A stretch of 32,000 bases of DNA from Phycisphaera mikurensis NBRC 102666. Lineage in GTDB: Bacteria; Planctomycetota; Phycisphaerae; Phycisphaerales; Phycisphaeraceae. Below, one piece after another: positions 25,675-32,000 of the stretch. A model generated the notes under the pieces. It saw nothing but the letters and a program-made list of their open reading frames with translations. It was not told where the DNA came from and did not search any database. The DNA is taken from positions 2,460,001 through 2,492,000 of the forward strand of contig NC_017080.1 in the NCBI RefSeq assembly GCF_000284115.1. Direction: 5' to 3'. The translations under genes were made by a program, and so were the position numbers. Position 1 is the stretch's first letter; each line of letters starts with the position of its first letter.

Positions 25675-26175
25675 ATGCCGAACGACCAGGGTCCCGGGCC
25701 CATGCTCCACATCGACGACGACTGGAAAGCGGAAGCGCAGCGCGAGAAGGAGCGGCTGGCGAAGAAGCGTGCCGCCGAGGCCGCGGCGCCCGCGGCTCCG
25801 CCCTCCGGCGGCCCTGGCACCCCCAGCGCCTCCGGTGATGCCCCGGGCGGCACGCCCTCCCGGGCGACGCTCCCCCCGGGCACCGCGCTGCCCGCCGGCT
25901 TCGAGGACCTCGTCAACACGCTGACGTCCCGCGCCCTCATGTCGATGGGCGCGATGCCCGACCCCAGCGGCCGCGCCTACGTGAGCCTCGAGACCGCTCG
26001 GCAGCAGATCGATCTGCTCGACGTGCTCGAGCAGAAGACCGCCGGGAACCTCACGGCCGAGGAGAAGAGCAACCTCGCGAGCACGCTTCACGAGCTGCGG
26101 ACCGCCTACCTCGAGGTCGCCCACGCGCTGCGCCAGCAGAGCATCGAACGCGGCGGCACCGGCATGGCCGCCTGA
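25675..26175 (+). CDS. DUF1844 domain protein
   Basis: The segment LVNTLTSRALMSMGAMPDP...ARQQIDLLDVLEQKTAGNLTAEEKSNLASTLHELR matches my memory of the DUF1844 signature (IDlL..L.eKTkGNL). Confidence 0.7.
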   Translation: MPNDQGPGPMLHIDDDWKAEAQREKERLAKKRAAEAAAPAAPPSGGPGTPSASGDAPGGTPSRATLPPGTALPAGFEDLVNTLTSRALMSMGAMPDPSGRAYVSLETARQQIDLLDVLEQKTAGNLTAEEKSNLASTLHELRTAYLEVAHALRQQSIERGGTGMAA

Positions 26176-26176
26176 G

Positions 26177-26222
26177 CCGCGGACCGCCGGCCCGGAGCCC
26201 GCTTCCGGGCCGCGGTCCGCGG
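26177..26222. repeat. 46-bp palindromic element, copy 5
   Basis: CCGCGGACCG at 26177-26186 and CGGTCCGCGG at 26213-26222. The spacer extends the pairing to a near-perfect stem of about 19 bp. It starts 2 nt after the DUF1844 stop. Confidence 0.85.
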
Positions 26223-26305
26223 CCGCGGGCGACGCACCCGCTCCCTCCGCTTCTCCGGGGAGCCGAACCCGAACCCAAGCCATCTCCCGCCGCAGACGGA
26301 GTCCC

Positions 26306-27250
26306 ATGAGCGCCATCACCCGCCCCACCAACGTGCAGGACGCCGAAGCCACCGGCTCCGGCAACCCGATCACCCGCTTCCTCGACGAGCACTACTTCGT
26401 GCTCCGGCGCCTGCACTCGCTCTCGGGGGTGTTCCCGGTCGGGCTGTTCGTCATCGCCCACCTCTTCACCAACGCCCAGATGGCCTGGGGTGACGGCGGC
26501 GAGACCTTCCAGCACGAGGTGGACTTCATCCACTCGATCCCGGCGCTGGTCTTCATCGAGATTGCGCTCTGGTCCGCCATCGCCTTCCACGCCGGGCTGG
26601 GCATCTGGTACACGGTCTCGGGCAAGAGCAACGTGAAGGACTACGGCTACGGCGGCAACTGGCGCTACACCCTGCAGCGGTGGAGCGGCATCGTCGCCCT
26701 GGTGTTCATCTTCTTCCACATCGCCACGCTGCGGTGGCGGTGGGACATCCTCGGCTGGTTCACGCCCTTCTACGGCCGCGGCTACGAGGCCCCGGGCATG
26801 CCGGCGGCGCTGGCCGACGTCCCGCTGTCGATGCCGCTGACGGCTTACGCCCTGCAGGTCAGCCCGATCGTCGCGCTCTTCTACATCCTCGGCGCCCTCG
26901 CGGTGGTCTTCCACTGGAGCAACGGGCTGTGGACGGCCGCGATCAGCTGGGGCCTGACGATCTCCGAGAAGGGGATGAAGCGGTGGGGCTATGCCTGCGT
27001 CGGCCTCTTCGTGGCGTTGACCGTCTTCTTCGGCGCCGCCATCGTCGGGGCGATGGCCTTCGACTTCGACGACATGCCCGCCGAGCAGATCGCCGCCTTC
27101 AGCGCCACCGTCCCCGACTCCGACTGGATCTTCGACGACTTCGACCGCCCGCAGATCGAGGCCATCCTCGACGGCTACGGCACCGTCGACGGCGTGGGCG
27201 AACCCGAAGTCGGCGCCCCCGCCCCCCATCACAGCGCCCGAGGCACCTGA
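26306..27250 (+). CDS. sdhC: succinate dehydrogenase / fumarate reductase diheme cytochrome b subunit (b558 type)
   Basis: GGAG lies 6 nt upstream. It has five hydrophobic helices with four candidate heme-ligand His residues (IAHLFTN, AFHAGLG, FFHIATL, VFHWSNG). A soluble acidic C-terminal extension of about 70 aa follows. Confidence 0.85.
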   Translation: MSAITRPTNVQDAEATGSGNPITRFLDEHYFVLRRLHSLSGVFPVGLFVIAHLFTNAQMAWGDGGETFQHEVDFIHSIPALVFIEIALWSAIAFHAGLGIWYTVSGKSNVKDYGYGGNWRYTLQRWSGIVALVFIFFHIATLRWRWDILGWFTPFYGRGYEAPGMPAALADVPLSMPLTAYALQVSPIVALFYILGALAVVFHWSNGLWTAAISWGLTISEKGMKRWGYACVGLFVALTVFFGAAIVGAMAFDFDDMPAEQIAAFSATVPDSDWIFDDFDRPQIEAILDGYGTVDGVGEPEVGAPAPHHSARGT

Positions 27251-27387
27251 GCGGACAGATCCGCTCCTACGCTGCGTTGCCGTCGTTTTGGAGGCGGCAG
27301 ACGACTCCGGATCTGCTGACACGCAGACCGGGGTCCCCCCGGTCGGAGGCGCACGACTCCCGCCACTCACCCTCGCGAAGCGAAATT

Positions 27388-29517
27388 TTGTTCCAAGCCA
27401 CCCCATCCGGCATCGGCTCCACGAAGGACCGCTCACACCCCCGCGTCATTGTCGTCGGCGGCGGCCTCGCCGGGCTCGCGGCCACGGTCCGTGTGGCCGA
27501 GGCGGGGCTGCCGGTGGACCTCTTCTCGATGATCCCGGTGAAGCGGAGCCACTCCGTGTGCGCCCAGGGCGGCATCAACGCCTGCAACAAGGTGGCCTCC
27601 CAGCAGGGCTACTCCGAGTGGCAGCACATGGACGAGACGCTGATCGGCGGCGACTTCCTCAACCACCAGCCGCCGGTCTACGAGATGGCCCACTGGGCCC
27701 CGAAGATCATCAACCTGCTGGATCGCTGCGGCGTGCCGTTCAACCGCACCGCCGAGGGCGAGCGGGACCTGCGCCTGTTTGGCGGCTCGCTGTTCAAGCG
27801 GACGCACTTCGCCGGCGCCTCCACCGGCCAGCAGCTGCTCTACGGCCTCGACGAGCAGACCCGCCGCTGGGAGGCCGAGGGCAAGGTCACCAAGCACGAG
27901 TTCTGGGAGTTCCTCTGGCCCATCCTCGACGCCGACGGCGCCTGCAAGGGCATCGTCGCGCAGGACATGCGGTCGATGCAGATCAAGCCCTTTCTCGCCG
28001 ACGCCGTGGTCATGGCCACCGGCGGCTGCGGGCTCGTGTACGGCAAGTCCACGATGTCGGTGATCTGCACCGGCGGCGCCGCCAGCCGCTGCTACCAGGC
28101 CGGCGTGGACCTCGGCAACCCCGAGATGATCCAGGTGCACCCCACCGCCATCCCCGGCGAGGACAAGTGCCGCCTCATGAGCGAGTCCGCCCGCGGCGAG
28201 GGCGGCCGCGTGTGGGTCCCCGCCAAGAAGGGCGACGACCGGCACCCGCTGGAGATCCCCGAGGAGGAGCGGAACTACTTCCTGGAGGAGAAGTACCCCG
28301 GCTACGGCAACCTCGTCCCGCGCGACATCGCCACCCGCGAGATCTTCTGGATCTGCGAGAAGGGCGAGGGCATCGGCGGCGGGAACCAGGTCTACCTGGA
28401 CATCACCCACCTGCCGGTGGCGACCAAGAACAAGCTGGCCGCGATCCTGGAGATCTACGAGAAGTTCACCGGCGACGACCCGCGGGAGGTCCCGATGAAG
28501 ATCTTCCCGGCGGTCCACTACTCGATGGGCGGGCTGTACACGACCTACGAGGCCTACGACCCCGAGCGGGACAAGATCACGCCCGCCCACCAGCCCAAGC
28601 GCAAGCCCAACGAGGGGATGCTCTACGGCGACCCGAAGAACATGATGACCAACGTGCCGGGGCTCTACGCCTTCGGCGAGGTCAACTACGCCTACCACGG
28701 AGCGACCCGCCTCGGCGCCAACGCCCTGCTGTCGTGCATCTTCGACGGCCTCTTCTGCGGCCTCTCGGTGGCGAACCACGCCCGGGAGCACGGCGGCGCG
28801 CCGGCCACGGAGCTGGATCCCGAGATCGTCGACGATCTTGTGGCCAAGGAGGAGGCGAAGGTCGAGCGCATCACCTCGATGACCGGCGAGAACAACCCCT
28901 ACGAGCTCCACGCCGAGCTCGGGCGCGAGATGACGATGGCCGCCACGGTGGTGAAGACCGAGCAGCGGCTGCTGGAGGCGCGGGAGAAGCTCAAGTCGCT
29001 CGGGGAGCGGGCGCAGAGCTTGAAGATCTCCGACACCGGGCTCTACACGAACCAGAACGTGAGCTTCAGCCGGGCCCTGAGCGACATGATCGTCTACAGC
29101 CAGGCCCTGATCGAGGGCTCGATCGCCCGCAAGGAGTCCCGCGGCTCTCACTACCGCGACGACTACCCCGAGCGCCTGGACGAGGACTTCCACGGCACGA
29201 CCCGGGTCCGCTACGACCCCGCCGCGCCCGAGGGCAACTGCCGGATCGAGTTCGAGCCCATCCCCTCCCCGCTCGTCCCGCTGCGGGCGCGGAGCTACGG
29301 CAAGACCGACCCCGCCAAGGTGGAGAAGGCCAAGGAGGAGCCCGGCGAGCAGAAGGCCGAGCTCACCGAGGCCATCGCCAGCACCGGCTACGACCAGCAG
29401 CCCGGCGTCGGCGAGGACAGCACGAAGGAGATGCCGCTGCCCAAGTACTCCGGCGACACCGGCGGCAACGAGGGCTTCGAGGAGCGCAACAAGGCGCACG
29501 CCAGCGACAAGGCCTGA
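27388..29517 (+). CDS. sdhA: succinate dehydrogenase / fumarate reductase flavoprotein subunit
   Basis: There is no in-frame ATG before the homology, so I chose TTG 27388, 18 codons before RVIVVGGGLAGLAA (FAD GxGxxG). Motifs: covalent-FAD His context KRSHSVCAQGGINA, AVHYSMGG, and the active-site RGSHYRDDYPER. The C-terminal tail of about 60 aa is charged. Confidence 0.9.
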   Translation: MFQATPSGIGSTKDRSHPRVIVVGGGLAGLAATVRVAEAGLPVDLFSMIPVKRSHSVCAQGGINACNKVASQQGYSEWQHMDETLIGGDFLNHQPPVYEMAHWAPKIINLLDRCGVPFNRTAEGERDLRLFGGSLFKRTHFAGASTGQQLLYGLDEQTRRWEAEGKVTKHEFWEFLWPILDADGACKGIVAQDMRSMQIKPFLADAVVMATGGCGLVYGKSTMSVICTGGAASRCYQAGVDLGNPEMIQVHPTAIPGEDKCRLMSESARGEGGRVWVPAKKGDDRHPLEIPEEERNYFLEEKYPGYGNLVPRDIATREIFWICEKGEGIGGGNQVYLDITHLPVATKNKLAAILEIYEKFTGDDPREVPMKIFPAVHYSMGGLYTTYEAYDPERDKITPAHQPKRKPNEGMLYGDPKNMMTNVPGLYAFGEVNYAYHGATRLGANALLSCIFDGLFCGLSVANHAREHGGAPATELDPEIVDDLVAKEEAKVERITSMTGENNPYELHAELGREMTMAATVVKTEQRLLEAREKLKSLGERAQSLKISDTGLYTNQNVSFSRALSDMIVYSQALIEGSIARKESRGSHYRDDYPERLDEDFHGTTRVRYDPAAPEGNCRIEFEPIPSPLVPLRARSYGKTDPAKVEKAKEEPGEQKAELTEAIASTGYDQQPGVGEDSTKEMPLPKYSGDTGGNEGFEERNKAHASDKA

Positions 29518-29588
29518 GCGGGCGGGCGGGCGTCGGAAGGCTGATGCGGGTCCGCGCTTCGGGCAAGCACCGGCAGGGGCCGCGGGTA

Positions 29589-29600
29589 TCTTCTAGAAGA
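29589..29600. promoter_or_regulatory. perfect AT-rich 12-bp palindrome TCTTCTAGAAGA upstream of the GHL10-like gene
   Basis: The palindrome ends 20 nt before ATG 29621. It stands out in the otherwise GC-rich 103-bp intergenic region and is a candidate operator. Confidence 0.3.
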
Positions 29601-29620
29601 GTCCCGCCCGAGCTCCCGTC

Positions 29621-31090
29621 ATGTTCCGCCTGTTCCGCGCCCCGCTGCTCCGCCCGCTCTTCTTCGGCCTCCTGGCGTTGGCGGTTGTCCCCTTGTCGCC
29701 GCCCGCCTCGGCCGCTCCGCGGGAGGTGCGGGGAACGTGGCTGACGACCACCGGACCCGACTCCATCCGCTCGGGTCTGCGGACCGCGGCCACGGCCGCG
29801 GAGCTGCGGCGGGTGGGGATCAACACCGTCTACGGCGAGGCCTGGAAGAACGGCGCCACGCAGTTCGCGTCGCCGACGCTGGCGGCGTTCACCGGCGGCA
29901 TCGACCGCTCGCTCGCGCTCGGCTCGCGGGACCTGGTGGAGGAGGTCGGGATCCAGGCCCACCGGCAGGGGCAGCTGCACTACGCCTGGTTCGAGTACGG
30001 GCTGGCGGCCCAGTTCGTCGGTTCCGGCGGGACGCCCTCCAATCCGCTCGCCAAGCGGGCTCGCGAACGGGGCTGGCTGCTGCAGGACGCGAGCGGGCGC
30101 TACGCCAACGGGTCCAACGGCTTCGCCTGGATGAACCCGGCGGTCCCGGAGGTGCGGGAGCTGATCGTCGGCATCACGCTCGATTCGATCCGCCGCCACG
30201 ACCTCGACGGCGTGCAGTTCGACGACCGGCTCGCCTGGCCGGCGGAGTTCGGCTTCGACGCGACGACGGCGGCGCTCTACCGCGAGCAGACCGGCCGGTC
30301 GCTGCCCGCCCGCGCCGACGACGCGGCCTTCCGCTCCTGGAGGCAGGATCAGGTGACCACGCTCGCCCGCGAGATCAGCCGCGCGGTGCGGGCGGAGGCG
30401 CCCGGGGTGCGGCTGAGCCTGAGCCCGTCGGTGACCGGCTTCAGCGACCGGGCCTACAACGCGCCCTGGACCCGGTGGCTGGAGGAAGGCCTCTTCGACG
30501 AGTACGTCCCGCAGGTGTACCGGGCCGACCTCGCCGCCTACCGACAGGCGTTGACGCAGAACGCCGCCCCCTTCCAAGCCGGCGGCCGCCTCGGCGACCT
30601 CGTGGTGGGCCTCCGCCTCAACGGCAGCGGGGCCGACACCGAGCTCGGCGTGCTCCGGCAGCAGATCGTCGACGCGGCGCTGCTGCCCGGCGGGGGCGCG
30701 GCCGGCCACGCCATCTTCTACGCCAAGGGCGTGCTGGAGAACGCGGACGCGCTCGCCGCTTTCTACGGCGGCGAGCGGGATCCGCCCTTCTTCGCGAGCG
30801 ACCGCCGGCCGCCGCCGCGGGTGGCCTCGCCCGACGCGGCGGACGGCCTCTGGCGCGTCGAGGTCGCGGAGTCGATGAGCTACCGCGTCGTGGCGGAGAT
30901 CGCGGGGCGCTGGGTGGAGGTCGATCGTCGCTTCCTGGCCGCCGGACCGGCGAGCTTCGCGGTCCCCGGCGCCACGGCGGTGGAGCTGCTGGTCGACCGG
31001 CGGGCCCGCCACGCGGTCCCCGAGCCGGCGGCGGCCGCCGTGCTGCTGCTCGCGCCGGCGCTGGTCGCGCGGCGGCGCCGCGCGGCCTGA
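29621..31090 (+). CDS. secreted glycoside hydrolase-like family 10 (GHL10 / DUF187, YngK-like) protein with PEP-CTERM sorting tail
   Basis: Signal peptide ending PPASAAP. Motifs: EVRGTWLTT, AWFEYGL and WMNPAVPEVRELI...DLDGVQFDD match GHL10. The C-terminal VPEP plus a hydrophobic stretch plus RRRR is a PEP-CTERM motif. Confidence 0.8.
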   Translation: MFRLFRAPLLRPLFFGLLALAVVPLSPPASAAPREVRGTWLTTTGPDSIRSGLRTAATAAELRRVGINTVYGEAWKNGATQFASPTLAAFTGGIDRSLALGSRDLVEEVGIQAHRQGQLHYAWFEYGLAAQFVGSGGTPSNPLAKRARERGWLLQDASGRYANGSNGFAWMNPAVPEVRELIVGITLDSIRRHDLDGVQFDDRLAWPAEFGFDATTAALYREQTGRSLPARADDAAFRSWRQDQVTTLAREISRAVRAEAPGVRLSLSPSVTGFSDRAYNAPWTRWLEEGLFDEYVPQVYRADLAAYRQALTQNAAPFQAGGRLGDLVVGLRLNGSGADTELGVLRQQIVDAALLPGGGAAGHAIFYAKGVLENADALAAFYGGERDPPFFASDRRPPPRVASPDAADGLWRVEVAESMSYRVVAEIAGRWVEVDRRFLAAGPASFAVPGATAVELLVDRRARHAVPEPAAAAVLLLAPALVARRRRAA

Positions 31091-31092
31091 AT

Positions 31093-31138
31093 CCGCGGAT
31101 CGCGGGCTCCGCCGCCCCGCGGCGGCCGCGGTCCGCGG
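31093..31138. repeat. 46-bp palindromic element, copy 6 (T variant in left arm)
   Basis: CCGCGGATCG at 31093-31102 and CGGTCCGCGG at 31129-31138, with a 26-nt spacer that has an inner CCGCCGC/GCGGCGG stem. It starts 3 nt after the GHL10-like gene stop, in a convergent gap. Confidence 0.8.
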
Positions 31139-31153
31139 CGCCGGCCGGCCGCT

Positions 31154-31627
31154 TCAGCGGCTGGGCAGCTCGGCGAACTCCAGGTAGAGGCGGAAGAGGT
31201 CGCCGAGCATCCGCGTGAGCTCGTCGGCGGCGAAGGGCTTCACGAGGTAGAGGTTGCAACCCGCCGCGTAGCTCTCGTCCACGTCCCAAGGGGCGGTGCT
31301 GGTCGTGAACATCACCACCGGCAGGCGGGCGTACCGCTCGTCGCCGCGGAGCTCGCGGAGGAACTGCTTGCCGTCGAGCCGCGGCATGTTGACATCGAGG
31401 AGGATCAGGCTCGGCCGCGGGAGCGGGCCGGACACCCTCTTGTCGGCGCCGCGGTTGCGGAGCAGGTCGAGCGCCTCCAGGCCGTCCATCGCCTCGACGA
31501 CGTCCAGCGGGCGTTGCAGGCTGGCGATCGCCATCCGCGCCAGCTCGCGGTCGTCGGGGTTGTCGTCAACGAGCAGAACCACCGGTCGCGGAGGCTCGAC
31601 GGCGGGCTTCGGGTACGTCTGCGTCAT
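31154..31627 (-). CDS. single-domain response regulator (CheY-like receiver)
   Basis: Motifs: VVLLVDDNPDD, phosphoacceptor context LILLDVNMPRLDG, VVMFTTS and YLVKP. There is no output domain. Confidence 0.9.
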   Translation of the reverse strand: MTQTYPKPAVEPPRPVVLLVDDNPDDRELARMAIASLQRPLDVVEAMDGLEALDLLRNRGADKRVSGPLPRPSLILLDVNMPRLDGKQFLRELRGDERYARLPVVMFTTSTAPWDVDESYAAGCNLYLVKPFAADELTRMLGDLFRLYLEFAELPSR

Positions 31628-31695
31628 CGGGAACCGCTTCGGAGGAACCGTCGGGCGGCCGAGGGCACCTCCTGACTGGCCCGGAGCAGGGGAGT

Positions 31696-32000
31696 CTAGC
31701 GGCTGGAGCCGCCGCGTCGCCGGGCCGCGGGCAGCTCCACCAGGAAGCGGGTTGGCATCTCGTCGCCTTCGTCGCGCTCCGCCCAGACGCGGCTGCCGTG
31801 CCGCGAAAGCACCCGCCGGACGATCGAGAGGCCGACGCCCGACCCGGGGGAAGACTGCGGGTGGAAGCGGCTGAACGGCTCGAACAGACGCTCCGCCGCC
31901 TCGGGCGGGAAGCCCACGCCGCGATCCGCCACGACGATGCGGACCGATCCGGCGGGAGCCCCGGGCTCGGGCCGCACCCGGACCGTCGGCGGCGCGTCGC
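31696..32000 (-). CDS. sensor histidine kinase, C-terminal HATPase_c part (5' end beyond window)
   Basis: G1 box ADRGVGF, F box FEPF, and G2 box GSGVGLSIVRRV. The frame stays open to the window edge, so the ATG at 31977 is internal. It lies 68 nt upstream of the response regulator. Confidence 0.85.
   Translation of the reverse strand, partial: DAPPTVRVRPEPGAPAGSVRIVVADRGVGFPPEAAERLFEPFSRFHPQSSPGSGVGLSIVRRVLSRHGSRVWAERDEGDEMPTRFLVELPAARRRGGSSR

Noticed and set aside
21097-27384. A shared 13-mer CTCGCGAAGCGAA lies just upstream of the katG start (21097-21109) and the proposed sdhA start (27372-27384), and could be a common translational or regulatory signal.
   Set aside because: A single 13-nt match between two sites in 32 kb of compositionally biased sequence is expected by chance. 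The spacing to the start codon differs (7 versus 3 nt). It is only worth revisiting if a genome-wide search shows enrichment upstream of start codons.
160-31289. Many long overlapping or antisense ORFs, for example 160-1653(-), 1623-2987(-), 4287-5810(-), 7621-9921(+), 12151-14427(+), 14469-16901(+), 20922-23381(-), 20969-24199(+), 27433-29499(-) and 29363-31012(-).
   Set aside because: Their translations are dominated by Arg, Pro, Gly and Ala with no motifs. Each lies opposite or out of frame to a gene with clear family signatures. This is the typical shadow-ORF behaviour of very GC-rich DNA.
1-32000. Mobile elements, prophage, defence island, toxin-antitoxin or biosynthetic gene cluster.
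   Set aside because: I saw no integrase, transposase, recombinase, phage structural, restriction-modification, Cas, TA or PKS/NRPS-like translation in any frame. The gene content is core metabolism and signalling.

Overview
This is a very G+C-rich window (by eye well above 65% G+C). Third-position GC bias makes every frame produce long Arg/Pro/Gly/Ala-rich shadow ORFs, so I called genes only where the translation has recognisable motifs or a protein-like composition. I support 30 protein-coding genes. I saw no rRNA, tRNA, CRISPR array, transposase, integrase or phage gene. The content is ordinary chromosomal housekeeping. It includes a translationally coupled ferredoxin / ferredoxin reductase / cytochrome P450 operon, a DUF1559-type prepilin-like protein, a Zn-ADH plus esterase pair, and fabI. 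It also has a parvulin-like lipoprotein, pheT, an ECF sigma factor with a small soluble ZAS anti-sigma factor, and a BtuF/BtuC-like importer operon with no ATPase gene. The remaining genes are accB, accC, katG, an M24 aminopeptidase, DUF1844, sdhC and sdhA (no sdhB), a PEP-CTERM-tagged GHL10-like hydrolase, two single-domain response regulators and a partial histidine kinase. The DUF1559 prepilin-like protein, PEP-CTERM tail and DUF1844 suggest a Planctomycetota (Phycisphaerae-like) genome; this is inference, not a database result. The most unusual signals are non-coding. (1) Two homologous composite elements flank accC, and one of them splits accB from accC. Each has a small GC hairpin followed by inverted arrays of an 8-bp tandem repeat (GAAGCGAA-like versus CTTCTCCG). 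(2) Six copies of a 46-bp palindromic element, CCGCGGAYCG-N26-CGGTCCGCGG, have an invariant 26-nt spacer length, and most sit at gene 3' ends. I found no clear novel protein-based system. The best protein-level oddities are the ATPase-less importer operon coupled to an unknown polytopic membrane protein, the P450 operon, and the RsrA-like anti-sigma factor.
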